64,000 nt of DNA from Kiritimatiellia bacterium (GTDB lineage: Bacteria > Verrucomicrobiota > Kiritimatiellia > RFP12 > UBA1067). Positions 19,546 to 29,165 of the stretch are shown piece after piece. The stretch's first letter is position 1. The number at the start of each line of letters is the position of its first letter. A model generated the notes under the pieces. The model saw nothing but the letters and a program-made list of their open reading frames with translations, did not search any database and had not been told where the DNA came from. A program made the translations under genes and the position numbers. The stretch covers positions 9,832 to 73,831 of the forward strand of contig JAZLMG010000057.1 of assembly GCA_045598585.1 (NCBI GenBank), read 5' to 3'.

Positions 19546-20346
19546 TCAAAACGCTCCTTTCATGGCCTGCAATAGTAAAGGTCCAAGCAATATGATGAAT
19601 ACTGCGGGGAAGATGCAAAGAAGCAAGGGCCCGAGCATTTTAACGGGAGCTTGCGCCGCCAAGTTTTCCGCGCGGTCAAATCTGCGCGAGTGAAGCTGTT
19701 CCGATTGAATACGAAGAATCGTACCGATGGAGACGCCGAGTTCATCGGACTGAATCAAGGAATTCGCAACCGCTTTAAGATTCTGTTCTTTGACGCGCTC
19801 GGCCATATTCTTAAGCGCATCTTTACGCGTTACGCCGATTTGGATTTCTTTCGTCATTCGAAGGAGCTCTTCGTTTAAAGGATCCATTCTGCGCGACTTG
19901 CAATTACGCTGAAGAGCGCTGATAAAGTCCATGCCCGCTTCGACCGAAAGAGTCAGAATGTCGAGAACGAACGGAAGCGACTTCATGATCGAAAGATGCC
20001 GCGCTTTGATCGAGCGATAAAGCCAAAGATCAGGGAAAATCCAACCGAGCATCAACTTAATCGCGAGATATTCTTCGGCGGAAAGCAAACCTTCGAAACC
20101 GGCCTGAATCAAAAGCGAAGAATATTTCGCACGAAGTTCACTGAAGCCCTTCCCCTTAACGAGTTTGAAGAAGTTCGGCGTGAGCGGAAGGAGTATTTTA
20201 AACAATAGCGGAATCGACCGTTCAGCTTTGCGACCATCGGCTAATGTAACGTAGGTGACCTCGGAAGCGACCGAGACCACATAGCCTATAAAGAGCGCGG
20301 CAGCAAGCGCCCAAACGGCCATCGATGCTATCGCCAAAATACTCAT
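19546..20346 (-). CDS. Type II secretion system F-family (TadC/TadB-like) inner-membrane protein
   Basis: 266 aa with a single T2SSF domain flanked by TM helices (N-terminal MSILAIASMAVWALAAALFIGYVV, C-terminal MLGPLLLCIFPAVFIILLGPLLL). Confidence 0.6.
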   Translation of the reverse strand: MSILAIASMAVWALAAALFIGYVVSVASEVTYVTLADGRKAERSIPLLFKILLPLTPNFFKLVKGKGFSELRAKYSSLLIQAGFEGLLSAEEYLAIKLMLGWIFPDLWLYRSIKARHLSIMKSLPFVLDILTLSVEAGMDFISALQRNCKSRRMDPLNEELLRMTKEIQIGVTRKDALKNMAERVKEQNLKAVANSLIQSDELGVSIGTILRIQSEQLHSRRFDRAENLAAQAPVKMLGPLLLCIFPAVFIILLGPLLLQAMKGAF

Positions 20347-20355
20347 CGTTTATTC

Positions 20356-22401
20356 TTACGTTGCGGGAGTTCCGGCACCGGCTTCGCTCAAAGGCGAGAG
20401 GACACCGCCCGACTTACCGGGCTCACCGGCATAAAGAATCATGCCTTCGGAAACACCGACCGACATCTTGCGAGGCGCTAAGTTCGCGACGAAGACGACT
20501 TCCTTGCCGATAAGCTCTTCGAGCTTCTCATAAGCGCCGCGAATACCCGAGAAGATCGTGCGTTTACCTAACGAGCCCGCATCGAGCGTGAACTTGAGGA
20601 GCTTCGAGCTCTTCGGAACGATTTCGCAAGCTTCGACCTTGCCGACGCGAAGATCGAGCTTCTCGAAATCGGGGAACGCGATCTCCGGCTTCAACGGCGG
20701 AATATTCCTTTGTTCACCTTCCCCTTCACCTTTAATCTTATTTTTGCTCGCTCTCGACTCATGCGCGACTTCGCCGGAATCGGCGGGCTTGACGGTAGCA
20801 GCCGAAATCATCGCGTCGACCTGCTTCGAGTCGATGCGCGAAGCGAGGTATTCGTAGTCGCCCATCTTCGCGTTTTCGATAGCGGTATTGATCGACTCCC
20901 AAGTCCACTCGGTTTCGCCAAAGAGCTTCATCGCCTTATCGGCGTAAGCGGGAAGGATGGGCTTCAAATAAATCGCGATAATGCGGAACGCATTAAGCGC
21001 CGCGGTAAGACTTGTGCGCGTCGCTTCGAGGTCGGTCTTGACCGTCTTCCAAGGTTCGCGCTTATCGAAATATTCATTCGCCGCGTCTGCGAGCTTGCAG
21101 ATTTCGACGACGACTTGATTGAAGCGACGATCTTCGTAGAACTTGGCGATCGTTTCCGAAGCGGCGCGGCACTTTTCAATGAGCGCCTTGCCTTCTTCGT
21201 CCATCGTCCCAAGCTGACCTTCGAGCTTCTTCTGGAGCATCTGACCGCCGCGCGAAGCGATATTCGTGATCTTGCCGACGAGATCGGAGTTGACGCGTTG
21301 GACGAAGTCGGTCAAGTTAAGATCCATATCATCGACCGTGCCGCCGAGTTTCGCCGCGTAGTAATAGCGAAGCGCATCGGCAGGAAGATTGTCGAGATAA
21401 GTGCGAGCGTTGACGAAAGTCCCTTTCGACTTCGACATCTTCTCGCCATTGACCGTTAAGAAGCCGTGGACGAAAACCTTGTTCGGGCCCTTGAAACCGA
21501 CCGTGTTGAGCATTCCCGGCCAGAAGAGGCAGTGGAAGCGGATGATATCCTTGCCGATGAAGTGATAGAGCTCTGCGGTAGGATCGTTCCAAAGATCGAA
21601 GCGACCGAAGTTCTTCAAAGAAGCGATATAGCCGATCGGGGCGTCGACCCAGACATAGAAGAACTTGTCCTTGTAGCCCGGGATTTCGAAGCCGAAGTAC
21701 GGCGCGTCACGCGAAATGCACCACCCGCGCAAGGGCTCCTTGAACCACTCAAGCAGCTTATTGGAAACGTCGCTCGTCGTATGCTCGGGAATCCACTTCT
21801 CGAGATAATCATGCTGGGGCTCGAGTTCGAAATAGAGGTGTTCGGCGTCCTTGACGACAGGCGTTCCGCCGCAAGTCGTGCAAATGGGAGAGCCAAGTTC
21901 TTCCGCGCCGTAAGTCGCGCCGCACTTGTCGCAGCTGTCGCCATACTGATTCGGAGCGCCGCACTTCGGGCAAGTCCCCTTAACGAAGCGATCGGGGAGG
22001 AACATGTGGCAATGCTCGCAATAAAGCTGAGGCGTCGTCTTCTTGGTGATCGCGCCCGACTTCTCCATCGCCTTGAAGAACTGTTCGGAGAGTTCCTTGT
22101 TCTCGGCCGAATTGGTCGAGTAGTAGTTATCGAACTTGACCTGGAAGTCGGTGAAGTCTTTCAAATGAATCGCGTGCGAACGGGCGATCAATTCTTCGGG
22201 CGTGATGCCTTCCTTGCGCGCACGAATCATGATCGGAGTTCCGTGAGTATCATCGGCGCAAATGTAAAGGCAGTCATGTCCGCGAAGCTTCTGGAAACGA
22301 ACCCAGAAGTCGGTCTGAATATATTCGACGAGGTGACCTAAATGGATATCGCCATTCGCATAAGGAAGCGCGCTCGTAACGACAATCTTTCTCTTTTCCA
22401 T
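20356..22401 (-). CDS. metG: Methionyl-tRNA synthetase with C-terminal tRNA-binding (EMAP-like) domain
   Basis: 681 aa. HLGH and KMSKS motifs, a CxxC zinc knuckle and a C-terminal OB-fold domain. Confidence 0.95.
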   Translation of the reverse strand: MEKRKIVVTSALPYANGDIHLGHLVEYIQTDFWVRFQKLRGHDCLYICADDTHGTPIMIRARKEGITPEELIARSHAIHLKDFTDFQVKFDNYYSTNSAENKELSEQFFKAMEKSGAITKKTTPQLYCEHCHMFLPDRFVKGTCPKCGAPNQYGDSCDKCGATYGAEELGSPICTTCGGTPVVKDAEHLYFELEPQHDYLEKWIPEHTTSDVSNKLLEWFKEPLRGWCISRDAPYFGFEIPGYKDKFFYVWVDAPIGYIASLKNFGRFDLWNDPTAELYHFIGKDIIRFHCLFWPGMLNTVGFKGPNKVFVHGFLTVNGEKMSKSKGTFVNARTYLDNLPADALRYYYAAKLGGTVDDMDLNLTDFVQRVNSDLVGKITNIASRGGQMLQKKLEGQLGTMDEEGKALIEKCRAASETIAKFYEDRRFNQVVVEICKLADAANEYFDKREPWKTVKTDLEATRTSLTAALNAFRIIAIYLKPILPAYADKAMKLFGETEWTWESINTAIENAKMGDYEYLASRIDSKQVDAMISAATVKPADSGEVAHESRASKNKIKGEGEGEQRNIPPLKPEIAFPDFEKLDLRVGKVEACEIVPKSSKLLKFTLDAGSLGKRTIFSGIRGAYEKLEELIGKEVVFVANLAPRKMSVGVSEGMILYAGEPGKSGGVLSPLSEAGAGTPAT

Positions 22402-22414
22402 GCTCTTCTTCTCC

Positions 22415-23194
22415 TTACCATCTTAGGCGCGTGGGAACACCGCTCTGCGCCATTTCTGCTTTAATCTCTTTAATCGTGTATTCGCCCGAGTGAATCATTC
22501 CGGCGATAATCGCCGCGTCTGCCGCGGCCTTTTGAAATACTTCTACGAGGTGAGCGGGCTTTCCCGCGCCACCCGAGGCAACGACCGGGATATCTACCGC
22601 CTCAGCGATAAGGCGAGTTATCTCGAGGTTGAAGCCCGCTTTAGTCCCATCGGCATCGACCGAGTTGACGACGATTTCTCCCGCGCCCAAATCCGCCGCT
22701 TTTTTCGCCCACTCGACAGCGTCCATGCCGGTAAATTCTCTAAAACCACGCGTCGTGATCTCATAGCCCGAAGGACACTTCTCGCTTTTGACAGGATCCA
22801 TACCGAGGACGATGCACTGACGTCCGAAAGCTTTCGCGCCTTCCGAAATGATCAACGGATTTTGGACCGCGAGTGAATTGACCGAAACTTTCTCGGCTCC
22901 CGCAAGAATGACGCGATCCATATCTGAAACCGACGAGATTCCGCCGCCCACTGCGAACGGGATACGAATCGCCCTCGCAACCGCCTCAACCATCTTGATA
23001 TCGATCGGTCGATGCTCGGCTGAGGCGGTAATATCGTAAACGACGAGTTCGTCAGCGCCACCTTCAGAGTATTTGACGGCAAGCTCCACGGGGTCACCCA
23101 ATTCGACGTTGTTCTTGAACTTTACGCCCTTGGTGACTTTCCCCCCTTTCACATCGAGGCAAGGAATGACGCGCTTCGTTAACATGTCGCCCAC
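22415..23194 (-). CDS. hisF: Imidazole glycerol phosphate synthase cyclase subunit
   Basis: [18 protein letters not shown]-terminus and the HisF TIM-barrel. Confidence 0.9.
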   Translation of the reverse strand: MGDMLTKRVIPCLDVKGGKVTKGVKFKNNVELGDPVELAVKYSEGGADELVVYDITASAEHRPIDIKMVEAVARAIRIPFAVGGGISSVSDMDRVILAGAEKVSVNSLAVQNPLIISEGAKAFGRQCIVLGMDPVKSEKCPSGYEITTRGFREFTGMDAVEWAKKAADLGAGEIVVNSVDADGTKAGFNLEITRLIAEAVDIPVVASGGAGKPAHLVEVFQKAAADAAIIAGMIHSGEYTIKEIKAEMAQSGVPTRLRW

Positions 23195-23727
23195 TCCTTC
23201 AAGAATTCGAGTCCCAGTCGCCCGGACTTTTCTGGATGAAATTGTGCCGCAGTCAATGTGCCGCGCTTAAGTGCCGCGGTAAACTCTACTCCCGCATAGC
23301 AGCACTCGATCGTCGTTTCGGGAATAATCGGGGCGAAATACGAGTGAACGAAATAGTAGTCCTCGCTCCACCCGATATGCGGAACTTTAACGCCCTTAAT
23401 ATTCGGGAAGCGCTTCACTTTCCCGGGGAGAATTCCGAGTGTCTTGACTCCCCCATCTTCCTCCGACTCTTCGAATAAAATCTGCATCCCGAGGCAGATT
23501 CCGAGGAACGGCTTCGTTAACGCAGCTTCCTTGATCGCATCGACTAATCCAAGCTTCTCGAGGTTCTCCATCGCGCTCTTCGCCGCCCCCACTCCGGGGA
23601 AAACGACGCGTGTAGCATTACGCACGACCTCGGGATCGCAGGTTTTCACCGTTTCAATCCCGAGGGCGTCGAACGCGAGCTTCACGCTCGTCAAATTACC
23701 GGCTTTATAGTCGACAATCGCGATCAT
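23179..23727 (-). CDS. hisH: Imidazole glycerol phosphate synthase glutamine amidotransferase subunit
   Basis: [15 protein letters not shown] and a class-I GATase with GICLGMQ catalytic Cys. Confidence 0.9.
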   Translation of the reverse strand: MIAIVDYKAGNLTSVKLAFDALGIETVKTCDPEVVRNATRVVFPGVGAAKSAMENLEKLGLVDAIKEAALTKPFLGICLGMQILFEESEEDGGVKTLGILPGKVKRFPNIKGVKVPHIGWSEDYYFVHSYFAPIIPETTIECCYAGVEFTAALKRGTLTAAQFHPEKSGRLGLEFLKEWATC

Positions 23728-23732
23728 TCATC

Positions 23733-25121
23733 TTACGGAGCAACGATATTCTTCGAAGCGGCGTCACGAGCGCGGCCGTTGTAGTAGAATTCCTGTCCGG
23801 TCGCATCCATAACCGAGCGCCAAAGATCGCCTTTAAGAGGAACGGTCTGACGCTTGATCGTCGCCATGCGAATCGGAACGAGGCAGTAGCTTTCGCCGAG
23901 GTTACCGACGACGCAGTTGGTACGACCCGCCATAGCGGCATGAACGGCGCCACGTGCGAGCATGTAGCAACGAATCGCATCGGTACCGCGAGCAGGAACG
24001 GAGCGGATATTGTACGAAGGATCGAAATACTTGACCGAGCTCTTGATGCCCTTTTCCTTGAAATACTGGGTGATGCGCTTTTTAAGGAGTTCGCCGATAT
24101 CCTTTTTAAGGACGTTTCCGGACGCATCGCGCTCTGCTTCAGCGCCTTCGAAAAGTTCCTGACCCGCACCTTCGGCGACGACGACAACCGTGTGAGTCTT
24201 GCCCGCTTTGAAGCGCTCTTCGAGAGCGGCCAAGAAGCCGTTCGGGCCTTCGAGCTCGAGCTTCATTTCAGGAATAAGGCAGAAGTTGACGACCGGGTTA
24301 GCGATCGAAGCGTACGCGGCGATAAAGCCAGAGTCACGACCCATAAGCTTCACGAGGCCGATACCACCCGCCGTGCCCTTCGCTTCGACATGAGCATTAC
24401 GAATGACGTCAGAAGCGACAGCAACCGAAGTTTCAAAGCCGAACGAACGTCCGACGAAGTGAAGGTCGTTATCAATCGTCTTCGGAATGCCGACAACCGA
24501 AATCTTGAGGCCGCGCTTCTTGACTTCATCGGCGATATCTCCCGCGCAACGGAGCGAACCGTCGCCTCCGATGCAGAAGAGAACGTTGATGTTCATGCGA
24601 ACCAAAGTATCGACGATTTCGTCGGTCGGCTGCTGTCCGCGGCTCGAACCGAGAATCGTGCCGCCGAGTTCGTGAATCGTATCAACGTTATCGGGGTCGA
24701 GCATCATCGGCTCATAGCCGAACTTCGAGCTGAGACCCGCGTAGCCGTAGCGAATACCGTAGATATTCTTGACGCCGTAGTCGTAGGAAAGAATCTCGAC
24801 GAGACCCTTGATGACGTTGTTAAGACCGGGGCAAAGACCACCCGCCGTAACGATGGCGACACGCGTCCACTTAGGATCGTGGAAAATCTTCTTGGTGGGG
24901 CCGGCCTTCTCGAAGGTAGGCTCCTTATTGAACTTTTCCTTGAGTTCCTTGTAAAGTTGGGCATTCTCGGTCGAGTGAATCGCGTCACCTTCCTGAACGA
25001 ATTCATGGTGATGAACAGGCGAATCGATCTTGCATTCGCCGAGGCGATCGACGACTCCCGTATACTTTTCGGGATTGTTCAAGATGATGTCCATGAGCTG
25101 AGTAGTTGCTGCAGGTGCCAT
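23733..25121 (-). CDS. pfk: Long-type 6-phosphofructokinase (PfkA family; GGDGS motif suggests ATP-dependent, PPi not excluded)
   Basis: 462 aa. TAGGLCPGLNNVIKG and FCIGGDGSLRCAG. The long form is typical of spirochaete and PVC-type PFK/PFP. Confidence 0.85.
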   Translation of the reverse strand: MAPAATTQLMDIILNNPEKYTGVVDRLGECKIDSPVHHHEFVQEGDAIHSTENAQLYKELKEKFNKEPTFEKAGPTKKIFHDPKWTRVAIVTAGGLCPGLNNVIKGLVEILSYDYGVKNIYGIRYGYAGLSSKFGYEPMMLDPDNVDTIHELGGTILGSSRGQQPTDEIVDTLVRMNINVLFCIGGDGSLRCAGDIADEVKKRGLKISVVGIPKTIDNDLHFVGRSFGFETSVAVASDVIRNAHVEAKGTAGGIGLVKLMGRDSGFIAAYASIANPVVNFCLIPEMKLELEGPNGFLAALEERFKAGKTHTVVVVAEGAGQELFEGAEAERDASGNVLKKDIGELLKKRITQYFKEKGIKSSVKYFDPSYNIRSVPARGTDAIRCYMLARGAVHAAMAGRTNCVVGNLGESYCLVPIRMATIKRQTVPLKGDLWRSVMDATGQEFYYNGRARDAASKNIVAP

Positions 25122-25138
25122 AGTTTTACTCCTTGTGT

Positions 25139-25912
25139 TTAAGGAAAGACCGAGTTTTCTACTTCACTAACGTAAGTTGAGAAAGCATTGCGAACGATAT
25201 TAGCGAGGTCGGCATACTTCTTCGCGAAGCTGGGAGCCGATTCGTTAAGGCCCAAGAGATCGTGCATGACAAGCCACTGCGCATCGCAGACTCCACCCGC
25301 GCCGATTCCGACTGTCGTGATTTTAAGTGCCGCAGTGATTTCAGCGGCGAGTTCCGAGGGGATACATTCGAGCGTTACCGCGAAAGCTCCCGCTTCTTCG
25401 ACGGCCTTCGCGTCGCGCATGACTTGATCGGCGGCTTCGCGGGTCTTACCCTGCTTCTTGAAGCCCCCGAGTTGGTTGACGCTCTGAGGCATAAGGCCGA
25501 TGTGCGCAAGAACGGGGATTCCCGCTTCGACCATGCGCTTGATAAGGTGGCAAACTCTTTCCGTCGCGCCCTCTAACTTTACGGCGTCAGCTCCCGCCTG
25601 CATGCAAAGAACGGCATTCTTCATCGCCTCATCTTCGCCGCACTGATAGCTGCCGAAAGGCAAATCCGCGACTACCATAGCGTTCTTCGCTACGCGAGCA
25701 ACTGCCGCGGTAGCGCTCAAAGTCTCCGACATCTTAACGGGAAGCGTCGTCGAATACCCGAGCATCGTCATCCCCATCGAATCCCCGACGAGAATAATGG
25801 GAACGCCCGCCTCATCAGCGAGACGGGCGAAGGCGCTATCATACGAGGTCACGCAGCCGAGCTTTTTAACGCCCTTGGCTGCGCGAACCGTAGCTACATT
25901 CCACTTCTTCAT
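25139..25912 (-). CDS. panB: 3-methyl-2-oxobutanoate hydroxymethyltransferase
   Basis: TSYDSAFARL...LVGDSMGMTMLGYSTTLPV matches PanB. Confidence 0.9.
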   Translation of the reverse strand: MKKWNVATVRAAKGVKKLGCVTSYDSAFARLADEAGVPIILVGDSMGMTMLGYSTTLPVKMSETLSATAAVARVAKNAMVVADLPFGSYQCGEDEAMKNAVLCMQAGADAVKLEGATERVCHLIKRMVEAGIPVLAHIGLMPQSVNQLGGFKKQGKTREAADQVMRDAKAVEEAGAFAVTLECIPSELAAEITAALKITTVGIGAGGVCDAQWLVMHDLLGLNESAPSFAKKYADLANIVRNAFSTYVSEVENSVFP

Positions 25913-26766
25913 TAATAGAAGTTGCCGTAAGAACGAATCTTGGCGTAACGCGCCTTGAGGAGTTCCTCAGCGGAGAGCTTCTTGAGCTCCTTGATCGCCT
26001 TGAGAACGGCCTTCTTGACATTCGCGCAAGCGGTCTTGTGATTCTTGTGGGCGCCACCTGCAGGTTCGGCAACGACTTCGTCGATAGCACCGAGCTTGAG
26101 GAGGTCGTCGGCAGTGATCTTGAGAGCTTCCGCCGCCTGGGGAGCCATCTTGCCATCACGCCAAAGAATACCGGCGCAGCCCTCGGGCGAAATGACCGAG
26201 TAAACCGCGTTCTCCATCATAAGAATCTTATCGCCGACTGCGATAGCGAGCGCACCGCCCGAGCCGCCTTCGCCCGTGATGACGACGACGACAGGAGTCT
26301 TGAGACCCGAGAAGAACTCGAGGGACTTGGCGATAGCTTCGGCCTGACCGCGCTCTTCCGCTTCACGACCGGGGTAAGCTCCGGGAGTATCGACGAAAGT
26401 GACGATCGGGTTATGGAAGCGCTCGGCAAGCTTCGCGAGGCGCATCGCCTTACGATAGCCATCGGGATTCGCCATGCCGAAGTTCGATTCCATGTTCTCT
26501 TCAATCGTCGCGCCCTTGTTGTGTCCGAGGATGAGAACCTTTTCATCGTCGATCGTGCCGAAGCCCGCGACAAGACCGCGGTCATCATTGACGAGACGAT
26601 CACCATGAAGCTCTTCGAAGTCGGAGCAAACATTGGCGATGAAGTCGAAGATGTGAGGACGCTTGGCATCACGAGCAATTTGGACCTTATCCCAAGCGGT
26701 AAGAGTCTTCGCGGGAGCGGCCTTCTTTGCGGGCGCCTTCTTGGCGGTAGTCTTTTTAGTAGCCAT
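25912..26766 (-). CDS. accA: Acetyl-CoA carboxylase carboxyltransferase alpha subunit
   Basis: TFVDTPGAYPGREAEERGQAEAIA AccA signature. Lys/Ala-rich N-terminal tail. Confidence 0.9.
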   Translation of the reverse strand: MATKKTTAKKAPAKKAAPAKTLTAWDKVQIARDAKRPHIFDFIANVCSDFEELHGDRLVNDDRGLVAGFGTIDDEKVLILGHNKGATIEENMESNFGMANPDGYRKAMRLAKLAERFHNPIVTFVDTPGAYPGREAEERGQAEAIAKSLEFFSGLKTPVVVVITGEGGSGGALAIAVGDKILMMENAVYSVISPEGCAGILWRDGKMAPQAAEALKITADDLLKLGAIDEVVAEPAGGAHKNHKTACANVKKAVLKAIKELKKLSAEELLKARYAKIRSYGNFY

Positions 26767-26780
26767 TAGTAGATTCCTTA

Positions 26781-27608
26781 TTAGAAGCCCCAGAAGCCCA
26801 TCATCTTAGCGAGGAAGTGCTTCATATCCTTACGCTCGACGATCTTGTCGATAAAGCCGTGCTTTTCGAGATATTCCGCCGTCTGGAAGTCCGCAGGGAG
26901 CTTCTGCTTGATGGTGTTCTCGATAACGCGACGACCGGCGAAGCCGATGAGCGCCTTGGGTTCGGTGATGTTGATATCGCCGAGCATCGCAAACGAAGCG
27001 GAAACGCCGCCCGTCGTAGGATCGGTGCAAACGGCGATGTAAGGAAGACCCGCGTCTTTGAGGCGTCCGATAGCGGCGGAAGTCTTCGTCATCTGCATAA
27101 GCGAGAGAATGCCTTCGTGCATACGAGCACCGCCCGACGCGCAGAAGATGATAAGAGGACGCTTCTCAGCAATCGCCTGTTCCGCGGCGCGAGCGATTCT
27201 TTCACCCGTGCCTGTGCCGAGCGAGCCGCCCATGAAGCTGAAGTCCATAACGCCGAGCATCGCCTTGTGGCCTTCGATTTCGCAGGTGCCCATAACGATC
27301 GATTCGGTTTCGCCCGACTTCTTGATCGTCGCTTCGACTTTCGACTTGTAGTCGCCCGTCGCATCATGGAACTCGAGGTGATCGGAGTAAGAAACGGCGC
27401 GGAAGACTTCAGCGAACGTTCCCTTGTCAGCGACCTGCGCGATACGTTCGCGCGCCGAGAGACGACCGTGATAGTTGCACTTCGGGCAAATCGAATTGTT
27501 GTCCTTCCAAACGGACTTTTCGAAGTGGCTCTTGCACTTCGGGCAAACGGCCCAGAGCGCCTTAGCGGGCGGAATCTGAGCTCCTTCTTTCTTTTCAAAC
27601 CAGCTCAT
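26781..27608 (-). CDS. accD: Acetyl-CoA carboxylase carboxyltransferase beta subunit
   Basis: N-terminal C4 zinc ribbon (CPKC...CPKC) followed by the carboxyltransferase domain. Confidence 0.9.
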   Translation of the reverse strand: MSWFEKKEGAQIPPAKALWAVCPKCKSHFEKSVWKDNNSICPKCNYHGRLSARERIAQVADKGTFAEVFRAVSYSDHLEFHDATGDYKSKVEATIKKSGETESIVMGTCEIEGHKAMLGVMDFSFMGGSLGTGTGERIARAAEQAIAEKRPLIIFCASGGARMHEGILSLMQMTKTSAAIGRLKDAGLPYIAVCTDPTTGGVSASFAMLGDINITEPKALIGFAGRRVIENTIKQKLPADFQTAEYLEKHGFIDKIVERKDMKHFLAKMMGFWGF

Positions 27609-27626
27609 TCATTTACTCCTTGAGTG

Positions 27627-28178
27627 TTAGAAAGGCATGAAAACGACGCCGTAAATCGAAGCGGGCTTGCCGCCAACGGCCTTAAGCGCATGCTTGACGA
27701 CGCTGTTGTAGTAAGCCGAGTCGCCGGGCTTCAAAATCGACTTCTCGTTACCGTACGTAAGTTCGATTTCACCCGCGGTGCAGATGATAAGCTCTTCGCC
27801 TTCATGACTCGAGATGTGCTCGGCGCCATCCGCATCGAACTCGATGCGGAAAGGATCCATGTGACGATCGGGTTTGCCGAGCGCGAGCGAGTGAGAAGTA
27901 TAGCCGAACTCGTTCTTGCCATCCTCCGCCTTGATGTCTTCGGCGCGAGTGATGATCGGGTCGGGCTTATACTGGTCGTCCATAAACGTGCCGAGGCGCT
28001 GACCAAGGGCGCGCGAAATCTTCGTAAGTACGCCAAGCGCGGGAAGGACTTCGCCCTTCTCGATCGAATTGATGATCTTCTCATCGACTCCGCACTTCTG
28101 CGAAAGGTCATAGATGCTCATATCGAGCTTTTCACGATATGCGCGAATGCGCTTTCCGACATTGGCTTCTTTATCCAT
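27627..28178 (-). CDS. XRE-family HTH transcriptional regulator with C-terminal cupin domain
   Basis: 183 aa. N-terminal HTH_3 (KRIRAYREKLDMSIYDLSQKCGV) and a C-terminal cupin fold. AGGAG Shine-Dalgarno 9 nt before ATG. Confidence 0.8.
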   Translation of the reverse strand: MDKEANVGKRIRAYREKLDMSIYDLSQKCGVDEKIINSIEKGEVLPALGVLTKISRALGQRLGTFMDDQYKPDPIITRAEDIKAEDGKNEFGYTSHSLALGKPDRHMDPFRIEFDADGAEHISSHEGEELIICTAGEIELTYGNEKSILKPGDSAYYNSVVKHALKAVGGKPASIYGVVFMPF

Positions 28179-28202
28179 GTATGGTATTCTCCTATATGCT
28201 AA

Positions 28203-28220
28203 GTATTATACCATATTTCC
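28203..28220 (-). promoter_or_regulatory. Conserved extended -10 promoter element, copy 2, upstream of the XRE-cupin regulator gene
   Basis: Minus-strand GGAAATATGGTATAATAC, with TTGTAG 17 nt upstream as a -35 candidate. 25-nt leader with AGGAG Shine-Dalgarno. Confidence 0.5.
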
Positions 28221-28223
28221 CGC

Positions 28224-29165
28224 TCAACTACAAGCACTCGCGCGGTCACATAAACGCTTAAGAGCATCGGTTAGCAGCTTGATCCGTTGCTCCTCGCTCC
28301 CATCACGATACCCCTCGATATAAAACAACCTCTTTCTCCAATCTTCACCTTCGACTCCGGACTTCGACTTCTCCGGAGCCCAGGCGGGAGCGCCGTCGGT
28401 CGTGATTACCCTTTTGCCGCGCTCCAAGGCCTCGGCGACAACGAGTCCGAGATTGTCGGAAAGCGTCGGGAGACACATCACATCGCACCACTCCCAATCC
28501 GCTTCGAGTTCGGAGCCAAAGTGATTCGTGACCTCTCTTAGCTCGATTCCCTTCCCTTCCGCCTGAAGCGAGCTTACTGCCGCACGCAAATACTCGACGC
28601 CTTTCAAAGGATGAGGGCGGCCAAGATACATGACGCGGAGTCCCTTCTTCGCCAAAGCTACGGCGGACGAGTGAGTGCAAAGTGCAGAGTGCGAAGTGCT
28701 TAGTGAGGAGGAAGGCGTCGGAAGTTTGAAAAAGCGCTTGATGTCGGTAAGCTCGATTTCGGGGCAAGCGGGGCCGAGATAAGCGCGGCACCACTCGGCC
28801 TCAGCTTCGCAAGTCGCGACTAAGAGATCCGCCCTTCTCAAGGCCCAACGCTCGATCGGGCCGACGAGTCGCTTCTTCCAGCCGTGATATGCGAGGCGGA
28901 TGGGGTCGTAGCAACACTCCGGCATCCACTTGATAACAGGTTTGGGCCGTTTGAGAAGTCGTAGATATGCGATCGAGAGCCAAATTCGCCAATACCAACC
29001 GCAATGACACCAAAGCTCGTCGGCCTCACGTAGCTCGCGGAAACTGATCTTGCTCGCGATGCGCGCTTCGTGGCCCGCGGCAATTTGTTCGCCCATGATC
29101 ATGCGAGCGATGTTAGCCGCCCCATTGTTCGGCTCCAGCCCCCAACTTAGATGCAAAATTTTCAT
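28224..29165 (-). CDS. Glycosyltransferase (GT4/GT1-like)
   Basis: 313 aa. C-terminal EALERGKRVITTDG nucleotide-sugar-binding motif. Contains a Ser/Thr/His low-complexity linker encoded by imperfect heptamer repeats. Confidence 0.6.
   Translation of the reverse strand: MKILHLSWGLEPNNGAANIARMIMGEQIAAGHEARIASKISFRELREADELWCHCGWYWRIWLSIAYLRLLKRPKPVIKWMPECCYDPIRLAYHGWKKRLVGPIERWALRRADLLVATCEAEAEWCRAYLGPACPEIELTDIKRFFKLPTPSSSLSTSHSALCTHSSAVALAKKGLRVMYLGRPHPLKGVEYLRAAVSSLQAEGKGIELREVTNHFGSELEADWEWCDVMCLPTLSDNLGLVVAEALERGKRVITTDGAPAWAPEKSKSGVEGEDWRKRLFYIEGYRDGSEEQRIKLLTDALKRLCDRASACS

Noticed and set aside
28669-28710. Heptamer tract as an active phase-variation switch.
   Set aside because: The units are imperfect (2 of 7 positions vary per unit), which strongly reduces slippage. 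It is kept only as a low-interest observation.
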